Positions 48,219-58,691 of a stretch of DNA of 64,000 nt are shown one piece after another. Source of the DNA: a virus. Taxonomy: Duplodnaviria; Caudoviricetes. Position 1 is the first letter of the stretch; every line of letters begins with the position of its first letter. Both the position numbers and the translations under genes were made by a program. Below the pieces are notes generated by a model. It worked only from the letters and a program-made list of their open reading frames with translations. It was not told where the DNA came from and made no database searches. Location: positions 1-64,000 of the IMG/VR virus record IMGVR_UViG_3300020151_002511; one strand, 5' to 3'.

Positions 48219-51200
48219 ATGAAAAAGTTTACCGATGCAACAGACTCAGGAAAAGAACCGGCAGTAAAAGTTGGAAACTATGTTCCAAGAGATGCTATTA
48301 ATTTAGGCTGGTATACCTCAAAAGAAATTTCTCCTGAAAATAATATTTCAATAGTAGATCTTTCTTCTTTAACTGCAGAAAATTTAAATGAATCAGATTC
48401 ATTTTCTAAAATAATGTTTGCTAATGAGCTCGGAATATTAGAGGATTCTGATGGAAATCCATTCGTTTCATCAGATGAAATAAGTGTTAGTGACATACTT
48501 CTTAATGAGCAGTTTTTTTCTGATAGATATGAAGAGTCAGATGTAAAGGAGAAAATTTATGCACACAGTTATTATGTAAGTAGATTTTTTACATTGGCTC
48601 AAACAAAATCTTACTATGATGTTTCTATATCTTCTTTCTCAAATCCTAGTTACATGCCGAAGTCCATCAAAGTGTTGGATGAAAATGGTAACATTTATTC
48701 AGACCCTGTAACAGGTAGATTAAAGTACAGAGTTTTAATAGAGTCATTTTTAACACAAGAAAATATTACAAACAATGAAATTCCTCATAGGATTGTTGTT
48801 CTTTTTGAAGATCAAAATCCAAAAAATTTAAAACTTTCATACGACAAAGTTGAAGTAGACCAAGATGGATTTTGGTCAAAACAAATACTTGGATATACTG
48901 AATCGATAAACGTTCTTCCGGTTTTCAAAGAGATTCAAGAAGAAACAGAAGTTATTGACAGATCAAAAGTTGGAGAAAGGGTATTTTCTGTAAAAAGAAA
49001 TACAAAAAAGAATTATATAAATAAAAACTACAGTGGTACAGATGATAATTATGTATTTGTCAATAGAAAAGCCTTAGATGACAATAGAACATTTGAAACA
49101 TTTAACTGGAGAATAGTTGCAAAAATAAAAAACTCTGTTAATTTTTCCAGTGCATTTAACGGAAACCGTTCAAGTTTATCCAGTGTACTTACTAAAACTG
49201 TACAAGCAGGAGTTTTATATTCTAGTAGTAATGGAAAAGATCTATCTAAAATATCTCCATATGTATTGTCTAACTTAGAAAATTCTTCATTTAACTTATC
49301 TTCTTTTGAGATAATAAATCCAATAAGCACAACAACCGACAAGAGTCAAGCAGATTATTGGTTGGTTGATATTGACACAATTCAAGAGAATGATTTATCT
49401 AAGTATGACTTTTTGGCATGCTCTTTACATTGGAAGATTAATGATAGTCAAGGAAAAAAACTAAAAAAGTTTATTGATAATGCTGGAACACTTTTATTGG
49501 ATGTAATTAATGCGCCTCTAGATAGTTTAGAATTTTTAAATGAATCTTTTAAAACAATAAATGGAGTTCCTGCAATAAAGAGAGCTCCTGATGTTTCTAT
49601 ATCCTCAAGTCCATCTGGTTATAATTCAGAAAGTTTATTTTTAAAATCTTCAAAAAACAATGCTTTCAATATTACTGCTTCTGAATTTGCATCCAATTCT
49701 GGAATATACGGATCTGGGCAGACTGTTAATGGGGGATATGTAAAGTATAATTATTTTGATTCAACTACAACTCCGGGAATTGAAAATATTTTATCAACAA
49801 GTTACGGATCGGTAAACAATGCAAAAATATTTGGAAATATAAGATTTACAAGAACAACAGATAGATTATTGTCTGGAAATATTGTTGTATCTACAACTGG
49901 ATTCTTAAAATACTGCAATGATATATACTCTGGGTCAACATTAGTTGCAACTGCAAATAACGGATCAGTAAACATTGGCAGTGGTTCAACTACAGTATTT
50001 TCTAATTTTGTTGAAGGACCATACAAGTTTTTGTATAACTGTATTTCAGTTGCGTTAAATGACAGGCTGGAGTCCACTAGAATTAAAACAGACTTAAGGT
50101 CGAGTGTACACGTTTTCTCATGTGCATGGAATAATGATTGGGTAATCGATCCAGAAGCAGCATATGACGACGAGAAACAAAAATATTTTAAACAAGTTGT
50201 TGTTGATAGTCAGCAAAAGTATGTAAGAGACATCTTACCTAGCCCGCAATTAAGATATGTAAAAGAATTGTCAAGCGTTAACTCTTCTATCAATGATATA
50301 TTTTTAGATAAAAATAATTCAAATATAGAATTATATATTGAATATACAAATCCAAATATTTCATGGACAAATACATTAGCAGTAACAGCAACAGAAAAAT
50401 CAGAACTCTCATCAACCTATGAATTAGTTAAGGTAAATAATAAAACTTTATCATGTGATGCATATACCGATAATGTATCACAGCAATTCTTTATTCCTTC
50501 TTCTTTTGGTCCATACGTTGTTAGAGATAAAATAATACCTTCAAGAAAATCAGATTTAAAAATACTTCCAATTGCTCCCCCGATATCACATCTAGTTAAT
50601 TTTGAGGTAGTTCATTCTTCTATTTCCGGCGGAGATGACTCATCAAAAGTATTAGATGCCAATATACAGATACAAGCAAATGTAAACTTTATACAAAAAC
50701 ACACATTTTCAGTTGCAACAAAAACAAAACCAGTAAGAGCTGCTGGCAACAGTTCAGAAGAATCTGTTGCAGGAGTAGAAAGACAGTATTTTGCATCTGC
50801 CTTTGAATCATCTCAGGGTAAGAGTAAATATTCTAAAATAGAACCACTTCTTGCTAATAGTGTAAGTGATTTATTTAATGCCTTTCAATACACGTATGAT
50901 ATAGATAATGGAAATACTTGGGATGAATATTTTCAAAATAAACCTAATATGTCTGATACATATATTAGATATATACAATTGACATTAACAGCTGCTGGAG
51001 ATGCTTTTAAGACAACAGTAGATGGAAAATTTGGATCATCAACCACTTCTAAAGTTAAAGCATTTCAAAAAAATAGAGGATTAAAAGAAGATGGAATTGT
51101 AGACTCTCAAACAAAAAGCCATCTAGCAAATGTTTGGATCAATATGAGCGAGGCGGTGCGATCTCAATACTTAACTCAAATTAATAATGGCAAATATGGA

Positions 51201-53786
51201 AGTGTAAATATCGACAGATACGTCAGAGGCGCAGCTAGATCTAGAAATGCAGTAGAAGGCCTGGTTAGTAAAGAGGGATTTAGGTTAATTAACTTTACTG
51301 GAATATCAGACGCTAACAGGGATCCAGATACATTAAGAGTATGGATTGGCTTTCAGCTTCCAAATGACTCAGATATAGATTATCTAAAATCTGTTGTTGT
51401 AGCAGGAGATGATTTTGGTACAACGGCAACTGCAAAATCCCCTAATTATAAAGGTTTTAAAATTATAGATGTAAATATAACAGATGATTATAATTTTAGA
51501 ATTATTGGCAATCAGTACGCTACAAAGAATTTTTCTAAAAACCATACAATTAGTTTTGGAGAAGAACAAGGAAAAACTATAAAAGGTAAATACATTTCTA
51601 TACTTCTTGAAGGTTCAAGGCTCGGTGGAGACTTTGGATCAACTGCAGAGGGAATACATGTAGCGCATGCATTTTGTACTTTTCAAACAAAAAGGACAGT
51701 AACAAAGAAGGCTTCTTCGTGGGAGGCTGAATATGACTGGGAAACAAATTATTATCCAAAAGAAAAATTAGTTTCTGGCACAGTGTCTATGACAATTCCA
51801 AAAACAAAAATTTCTTTTACACAACAAAGCTTTTTAGTCGACGCAGCTCTAATTGCAGCAAATGCAAAGTTAAATTCAATAACACTTCACCAATTAGATA
51901 ATGATAAATTTTCTGATAGCACAATCACATATTCGGGATTAAATGTTCCCCTTAATGATGTTAAGTATAAACCTAATATTAATAGGGCTGAAGAAGTTGA
52001 TATTAAAAATTTAGTATCAACTCCTATAGATGTTACTTCGGCAATAGTTTCTCCAAATTCAGTAAAGGAACACGGAAGTACTACAGTGGTGTCAGATTCA
52101 TTTGTAAGTTTATCAAGAACTAATACCGAAATTAAGCTTACGTGTAACGTCTCACAGTACAACAAAGGTACAGTTCATAAGACGACTGAACCTATTGTTG
52201 GTTATTCTATAACAGATCCAAAATTAAGCTCAATAAAACCAGGAAAAAATTCATTTAATTACTATGACGGCGTTAGTCTCCTATGTCGAGTTGTCGAGGG
52301 TAAGCCAGTTCCAATTCCAATCAATCTTGCAACTGTATCTAATAATACTTCTAGTGACACAGATGTGTATTATTCAGACATAGAGATATCCAACACGGTT
52401 ACGCAAGAAGGCAAAGGGTTGCAATATGGATTCTATGATATTAAAGCAAAAGAGTTCATCGGTAAAAAAATATCATACTTAAAGTTTATTAACACTGGAC
52501 CGCAGAATATATACATTGGCGTATATGCATTTGACTATGATGGAAATATAGGAACTCAAACAGAATTTACAGGTTCTTCAAACGGGGATTCATTTATTCC
52601 AGCAAACATACCAACTAAGATGGCTTATCCTGTTTATAGTGTTAAGACAAAAAAGAAAAATAAAATACAAATTGTCAACATGCCTCCAAATCTACGAAAA
52701 ACAGAAGTCTGGCCCTTGTATATAACTTCAGGATCTTTTTCTAAAGATGTTGATATTTCATTTAAAAAAGCTTCAGGCTGGATGTCTCAGTATAATAATC
52801 AAAAACTAACTGCTATTTACGATACATCAAGCATTAAAAATGTTGCTTGGTCAAGGGTTTTTGGTAGGGGTTATTATGATGTTATAGGAGAGACTCCAAT
52901 AATAAATGACTCTAGGTCAATTAAATTAAGAAGAACTCCTATAGTTACTGTTCAAGAAGCTTCTTCTGATCTTTTTAGATTTGCTAGTCAGTTTAAAAAT
53001 ATAGTTAAAATTTACACAAGAGAATCTACATCAAGTCCATGGCAAGAAATTCCAGAAAGCTCTATAAAAGATATAAATGCAGAGAATGGAATAATTGAAT
53101 TTATTGATCCAATCATTCCTACTAATGAATCTTTGATTAAAGTTGACTACACTGTTATAAACAAAGACATTTCAGTTATTCAATGCGGTGGTGTTCCAAT
53201 ACCAACTAATCCTTTCTTAAATAAAGATACTGTAAAAATAAATAAACCATTATATATTTACATTAAACCAAAAGAAATATATAAATATGAAACACCAATA
53301 TATAAAGAGGGACAAGTAGGAATACAAGCTCTTAGAAAAGTTTTAGTAGATGATTATAATGTTGACTCAGTTTTAAATTTTACATATAATAACAGCATCT
53401 TCAATAAAGACGACGAGTCTACCTATGACCCATTTGCTTTGCTAATAGGTTTAGTCTATGTATTAAATAATTTTAATGATGAAAATTTTGATTACAAAGA
53501 TCTAAGAGTAAAAGGTGGTGGAATCTCAGCAAACTTTACTACCAATTCAGTTGTTGATGATATTAATCAGGCTATATCTTACTGGGATATATATCCAGCT
53601 TTAGGTGAGGCTTATCCAAAGGGTGGATATGTTATAATTAAACTACCTGCTTTGGTCAAGAAAAACTTCTTGAATCATGAAGAGGTTTACGATATAGTGA
53701 GAAGAAATATAACTGCTGGAGTTGTCTTCGAACTACAAGACATGGATGGAAAAGATTGGAGCAGCAGTGTTACAGCACCTTCCTGA
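48219..53786 (+). CDS. Large virion protein with internal peptidoglycan-binding domain
   Basis: IQ..L...VDGKFG..T...VKAFQ...GL..DGIV...T (about 50960-51125) is the PG_binding_1 pattern. Confidence 0.7.
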   Translation: MKKFTDATDSGKEPAVKVGNYVPRDAINLGWYTSKEISPENNISIVDLSSLTAENLNESDSFSKIMFANELGILEDSDGNPFVSSDEISVSDILLNEQFFSDRYEESDVKEKIYAHSYYVSRFFTLAQTKSYYDVSISSFSNPSYMPKSIKVLDENGNIYSDPVTGRLKYRVLIESFLTQENITNNEIPHRIVVLFEDQNPKNLKLSYDKVEVDQDGFWSKQILGYTESINVLPVFKEIQEETEVIDRSKVGERVFSVKRNTKKNYINKNYSGTDDNYVFVNRKALDDNRTFETFNWRIVAKIKNSVNFSSAFNGNRSSLSSVLTKTVQAGVLYSSSNGKDLSKISPYVLSNLENSSFNLSSFEIINPISTTTDKSQADYWLVDIDTIQENDLSKYDFLACSLHWKINDSQGKKLKKFIDNAGTLLLDVINAPLDSLEFLNESFKTINGVPAIKRAPDVSISSSPSGYNSESLFLKSSKNNAFNITASEFASNSGIYGSGQTVNGGYVKYNYFDSTTTPGIENILSTSYGSVNNAKIFGNIRFTRTTDRLLSGNIVVSTTGFLKYCNDIYSGSTLVATANNGSVNIGSGSTTVFSNFVEGPYKFLYNCISVALNDRLESTRIKTDLRSSVHVFSCAWNNDWVIDPEAAYDDEKQKYFKQVVVDSQQKYVRDILPSPQLRYVKELSSVNSSINDIFLDKNNSNIELYIEYTNPNISWTNTLAVTATEKSELSSTYELVKVNNKTLSCDAYTDNVSQQFFIPSSFGPYVVRDKIIPSRKSDLKILPIAPPISHLVNFEVVHSSISGGDDSSKVLDANIQIQANVNFIQKHTFSVATKTKPVRAAGNSSEESVAGVERQYFASAFESSQGKSKYSKIEPLLANSVSDLFNAFQYTYDIDNGNTWDEYFQNKPNMSDTYIRYIQLTLTAAGDAFKTTVDGKFGSSTTSKVKAFQKNRGLKEDGIVDSQTKSHLANVWINMSEAVRSQYLTQINNGKYGSVNIDRYVRGAARSRNAVEGLVSKEGFRLINFTGISDANRDPDTLRVWIGFQLPNDSDIDYLKSVVVAGDDFGTTATAKSPNYKGFKIIDVNITDDYNFRIIGNQYATKNFSKNHTISFGEEQGKTIKGKYISILLEGSRLGGDFGSTAEGIHVAHAFCTFQTKRTVTKKASSWEAEYDWETNYYPKEKLVSGTVSMTIPKTKISFTQQSFLVDAALIAANAKLNSITLHQLDNDKFSDSTITYSGLNVPLNDVKYKPNINRAEEVDIKNLVSTPIDVTSAIVSPNSVKEHGSTTVVSDSFVSLSRTNTEIKLTCNVSQYNKGTVHKTTEPIVGYSITDPKLSSIKPGKNSFNYYDGVSLLCRVVEGKPVPIPINLATVSNNTSSDTDVYYSDIEISNTVTQEGKGLQYGFYDIKAKEFIGKKISYLKFINTGPQNIYIGVYAFDYDGNIGTQTEFTGSSNGDSFIPANIPTKMAYPVYSVKTKKKNKIQIVNMPPNLRKTEVWPLYITSGSFSKDVDISFKKASGWMSQYNNQKLTAIYDTSSIKNVAWSRVFGRGYYDVIGETPIINDSRSIKLRRTPIVTVQEASSDLFRFASQFKNIVKIYTRESTSSPWQEIPESSIKDINAENGIIEFIDPIIPTNESLIKVDYTVINKDISVIQCGGVPIPTNPFLNKDTVKINKPLYIYIKPKEIYKYETPIYKEGQVGIQALRKVLVDDYNVDSVLNFTYNNSIFNKDDESTYDPFALLIGLVYVLNNFNDENFDYKDLRVKGGGISANFTTNSVVDDINQAISYWDIYPALGEAYPKGGYVIIKLPALVKKNFLNHEEVYDIVRRNITAGVVFELQDMDGKDWSSSVTAPS

Positions 53787-56367
53787 AAATATACAAACTT
53801 TTTCTAGTCAAAGTAGAAAAACAGTAAGCTCTTTAATACAAAATATTAAAGCTGATAAAACTCAGGTATCTTCTCTAATTGAGAACATTAGAAGCTTTGA
53901 TGCAAATGCAAACTATAGTCCCTCTTTAGCCTTAAGATATTCCAGGCTTAACATAGAGGGTGTTGTAGAGTTTTTTAGAGACTCTTCATTAAGAATGAAT
54001 CAATTTTTTTCTGCTTCTTCGGCTTTGTCTGTTGCGTTAAATTCAGTAGCGTCTATCTACTCATCTGAAATAGAAAAAATAGAAAAAGATATATTTCATT
54101 TAGAAAATTTTGTTAACAACTATCAATTTATAGTTGGAGAAGATGATTTATTTAATTTTAATTATGTAGAAAATTTTGATAATAATCTATCTTCATATTC
54201 ATCTGACAGTCAGACTATCAAACTTTTTGACAGAGACAATATAGATTTTAATTCTAATGGAAATTATTACATTGATCCAGTTTTAAGCAAGATGACTATT
54301 GCAAATGGAATCGATTTTAAAAATCAACTCATTAACATAGATAGAGTTAGTGAAGTAAATAACTATTCTTCTCATTTAACTACAGATTCTGATTTTCGTT
54401 TAGTATTAGATGAGGATCCGGCAAATAACTGGACAGTGACTGTTAAGTCACCATTTTTAATTAACTCAGAACTACCTGAATCAAAGTCTTACGTTAATTA
54501 TAATTCATCCTACAACAAAGGTGCTCAGTCATTTTTTGAAATTTCATTTATTAATCCAGTAGAAATGGATACGATAAGGGTCAACCCTAACGATTGCATT
54601 GGAATGCAGTTACTTCAGGTTGTAATTGAAAAAACTGATCCAGTTAATTCTGCTCTTGGAAATACAGAGTTTTCAGTCTTAAGCTCACCACTTTTAATAG
54701 ACAAATCAGTAGATGTTGTATTTAATAAATGTAAAGTATCAAAAATTAAATTTATATTTAATCAGTCTAAATACTATAGAACCGAAAATGTACCAATTAC
54801 TCAAGAATTAAATTCTAAAATGCTTCAGGAAATTGTAGATGCAAGAAGAAAAGAAAAATCAAATAGTCCAAGTAGACTTCAAGATCTTGTTTACTTTTAT
54901 TTTAAAAACGCAAATGATATTGAAAAGAATAAAAATAACAGAAAAGCTTATACAGAAGTATATTCATACAGGTACCCCTTATTAGAAGAAGGGTATTCTG
55001 ATGGCGTAAATGAAAAGTTGTCAGAATTAACTGAGTCAGAAATTTTAACAAAATCAAGAGAAATTATAGATTCAAAGAATATAAACGCAATCGAAAACAT
55101 TGTTCAAACTATTGTCCAGCACGTTATAGGTTCAAGGAATAATCTATTTAACACCACTGTATATAGAACTGGCAGGCCGGGAAGTACTAACAATAGAATG
55201 GCCTCGTTGAAAAGCGATGGGTTCATTCCCGTTAAAGATGAATTTGATAACTTTGATAATTTATTTCAAAAAGAAGACCCCATAGCACCAGGTGTTTCTG
55301 TTGATAGCGTGGCTAGATACCTGTCTAATAGGGAAGATTCAAATTCATATGAATATACTTTTTCCATTAAAAATATATTGTTTGGTTTAACTCAAACATC
55401 AATACAAAATAAAGCTTGTTTTGTTTCGAGCAAAATAGAAACCAACGGATTTCCATTAGGCGTAAAAGGCGTAGTCAATAAAGTAAATGCTAGAAGAGAC
55501 TTAACGTTTAATAATTATGACATAAGAGAGTCTGGCTCATATGAACTTAGCATTACGTATAAAGATTCAATAAAATCAGAGGATGATTGGATTCCACTAT
55601 TTGCTGGAAGTTCAAACTATATTGAATCTGAAGTTATGTTTTTTGATACATTTAACTTAGCAAAGTTAAGGTTTATTCCGCAACAATCGGGAATAAAAGT
55701 TTATAAAAACGGAATTTTAGAAAACCCTAATAATTGGGAATACGAAGAACTTGGAAATTCAATACTGTATAAGTCTAGCTTAGATAGAACTTCAACTTAT
55801 TCAGTAGATTACTCCCTTAATAATACTGAATATAGTCAGTCTATTATTGATATAGATTCTTTGTCTAATTCAAATTTTGCAGTTAGAGCTTTTTCTAGTG
55901 GAGGAAACTCTGGTGAAAAGTTTACTTCTACTGGACCAGGAAATAAAATACCACTCTCTTTTATTCCATATATTGAAGACAAGTTCAGCGGTGCTTATTA
56001 TAGTGAAACTCATGGTACTATAAATACAGAAAGTAACATGGGCTACTCTCCGGTTACTGTTACAATGGCAGATGGTCAAGTAGCAATTAACTTAACAAAC
56101 TATACAAATAATAGTTTTTTAAGATCATCTTTTTATAATACTAGTCAATATTTGTTTTTTCAAAACGGAAAAGAAATAGTATTTAATAGGCCAATTAACC
56201 AACTCTTAACAGTTAATTACAGCTATATACCATCTTCCCTTAGGTTTAGATTGATACTAAGAAACACTCTGCCCGGTCAATATAATGGAATATCTGTGGA
56301 TAATGTTATAATTAAATGTAAAGTAAACAATCTAGATCCATTTTCAAAAAAATTATTAAGGTTATAA
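53746..56367 (+). CDS. Putative baseplate/tail structural protein
   Basis: Long ORF: N-terminal coiled-coil then beta-rich; start uncertain (TTG 53722 or ATG 53746). Confidence 0.6.
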   Translation: MEKIGAAVLQHLPENIQTFSSQSRKTVSSLIQNIKADKTQVSSLIENIRSFDANANYSPSLALRYSRLNIEGVVEFFRDSSLRMNQFFSASSALSVALNSVASIYSSEIEKIEKDIFHLENFVNNYQFIVGEDDLFNFNYVENFDNNLSSYSSDSQTIKLFDRDNIDFNSNGNYYIDPVLSKMTIANGIDFKNQLINIDRVSEVNNYSSHLTTDSDFRLVLDEDPANNWTVTVKSPFLINSELPESKSYVNYNSSYNKGAQSFFEISFINPVEMDTIRVNPNDCIGMQLLQVVIEKTDPVNSALGNTEFSVLSSPLLIDKSVDVVFNKCKVSKIKFIFNQSKYYRTENVPITQELNSKMLQEIVDARRKEKSNSPSRLQDLVYFYFKNANDIEKNKNNRKAYTEVYSYRYPLLEEGYSDGVNEKLSELTESEILTKSREIIDSKNINAIENIVQTIVQHVIGSRNNLFNTTVYRTGRPGSTNNRMASLKSDGFIPVKDEFDNFDNLFQKEDPIAPGVSVDSVARYLSNREDSNSYEYTFSIKNILFGLTQTSIQNKACFVSSKIETNGFPLGVKGVVNKVNARRDLTFNNYDIRESGSYELSITYKDSIKSEDDWIPLFAGSSNYIESEVMFFDTFNLAKLRFIPQQSGIKVYKNGILENPNNWEYEELGNSILYKSSLDRTSTYSVDYSLNNTEYSQSIIDIDSLSNSNFAVRAFSSGGNSGEKFTSTGPGNKIPLSFIPYIEDKFSGAYYSETHGTINTESNMGYSPVTVTMADGQVAINLTNYTNNSFLRSSFYNTSQYLFFQNGKEIVFNRPINQLLTVNYSYIPSSLRFRLILRNTLPGQYNGISVDNVIIKCKVNNLDPFSKKLLRL

Positions 56368-56368
56368 T

Positions 56369-58691
56369 ATGACTCAGCTCTCAGCAAATACTATAGTTCA
56401 AGATCAGATAGTTGCCAAAGTCAGTAAGTTCTTGGCAAATTATAGAGAGAATCAATTTTTTGATAATCAAGAATTAATGAAAGAATATCAATCATTAATA
56501 AACTTTTTAAGAAATAAGATATCACGGACCACTTACTGAGTTTGATCCCTACATTAAAGGTGAGCCACCTATCTCTGATAAATTTAACTTGTTTACAGGT
56601 AATTATTCAGATGATATAAATATAATAGCAAAACAAATAGATTATTTAACTGCTGTATTTATTAACTCACATAATATATTTACTGATGAAATAGCTCAAG
56701 AAAATAAATTTATTAATAGAATAAAAAGCAAAGTAAAGATTTTGCAGATGTATTCAAGTAGTCCTTCAAGTGACTTGTATTATTTTGGAAATTCTTTTGA
56801 TAGTTCAGATTATGTTGATTTTTCTAAAATGGATAATAAAGATCAATTGCCGTTGATAGATAATGGGCAAATGACCTTATCTTCAGGCGTAGTAAAAAAT
56901 TGGGTACCAAGATCTATCTTTATAGCTGAAGGCTCAAATGGCTACAGGGGCAGTAATCACGCAGTCTATTCGTCATCAACTTCAACTAATCCATATAGAT
57001 ATTTTTTTGAAGATACACCTACAATAATTAATCAAGAAAATATTAGAGATAATAATCCATTAACATTTTTTGAATATGAACAGATAAACATAGAAAATAA
57101 AGATCCTGATTCAAAAGAATTTGAGTATAAATACATAGTTAATCCTGGACCTGGTCAACCAATAGCTTATGACCCTTGGTCATCTTTTAAGGGTGAATCT
57201 TTGTTGTTGAATATTGTTATGGAAAAAGAAATAGCAGAATCTGCTAATTTTATTAAAATAATTCCATATTTTGGATCAGCTAATTATATAGTAAAAGATG
57301 TAACAGTCACCTCAATAGAGGTCGTTGATGAACTAAATGTTACAGAAAATATTTTAAGACAACCAATATATATAAGTTCTAGTTTTATTCCTTTTTCAAT
57401 TGATAAAATAAAAAACTTTTATTATAGAGAAGCAAAGATATCTTTTTCCGAAAGAAAAATTAAATCTATCAAAATATATTTTAAACAATCAGACTCTATT
57501 CCTGTTGACATAAAACACATTTATTACAGACCTGATGCTACAGGTAATCAGACTAATGTAAATAAACAACCTAATCCTTATTCTAATCAAAAAAGATTCG
57601 ATCCTGAGTCGCCTGTAGCTACAGATGAAACAAAGTCTTCATCGATTCCTTGGTCAACAAAAACTTATGACATAAATACATTAATACCATCATATAATCA
57701 ACCAAACTTTTTTAAGTCAGAAACACAAAATACAAAAACAATAGACATAAAATTATCAAGAGAAATACCTATACGAGACGGTTATGTTATAAGGGCATTA
57801 GGTGAAGACGGTAACTTTCGTTATATAACACGTGCATTTTACTCAGACTTTGATCACATATTATCTATATCTCCGGTGTATTTTAATATAAATGATAGCA
57901 ATTTGAGTGATTATATAAATAGCTCTCCAATAAAATCTGGAGAACAAGGAAGTTTTCCGTATTTATCTCAAATTAGTTCATTGGATTTACAGGGCACACC
58001 TAGCGCTGATGCAACATCGGCTTATAGTGATATAACTAAAGTTAAAGATTGGCTTAATACAACAACTACTCAGAAAAATTCCAAAGGTGAAACTATTACG
58101 ATAACTAAAGCAGAAAAATTTGCTAAGTTTAAACTTAAATTTGATGGTAATCTAAATGCCGAGATAAAAGAAGCTTCAAGTCAAGATACAAAACCTGATA
58201 ATAAATTTTACAAAGTTCCTCTTACTAGACAGGAAGAAATACTTAAAGCAAAAAGAAGAAGCATTGGGATTAGAGACATATCTGTTGGCCATGAATCATA
58301 TTCCGATAAAGCCGTTGTTATATCTAGGCAATATGATGCTCCGGCGGATATAGAATATCTGACTCTCTCAGCAGAAACTGATTTTTCTGGCACTTTAACT
58401 TCAGCAATTGCTGAGAATATTAAATATTATATTTCACTTGATGATGGATCTAAATGGATACAAATATCTTCTATAGAGGACCCCTTCTCAAGCGTTCCAG
58501 AAGTAGTGGCATTCAATCAAAACATAGATGAAAATTTTAGAATGCCAGGAGTTTCTTACCTTTCTCAACCAGACATTCCAGCTTCTGTAAGAAAGTTTAT
58601 TTTAAAAATAGAAATTACAAAACCTACCGGTGAAAATATAACACCAATAATTTATTCCTATAAAGTTGGAGTCAAGGTAAAGCAGTCATGA
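56369..58691 (+). CDS. Putative baseplate/tail structural protein (~773 aa), joined by +1 shift at CGGA 56525
   Basis: ATG one base after the upstream stop gives 52 codons (MTQLSANTIVQDQ...NKIS), then CGG ACC ACT TAC TGA; +1 frame GPLTEFDPYIKGEPP runs into ORF 56589. Confidence 0.72.
56525..56528 (+). other. CGG-N +1 recoding site 10 (TCA CGGA CCA)
   Basis: Window between +1-frame TAA 56508-56510 and 0-frame TGA 56537-56539. Confidence 0.87.

Noticed and set aside
13696-58691. Broken ORFs as pseudogenes or random indel errors
   Set aside because: All breaks are +1, all coincide with an otherwise unused codon, none requires a homopolymer error, and there are no premature in-frame stops or other decay. 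A systematic artefact cannot be fully excluded without reads.
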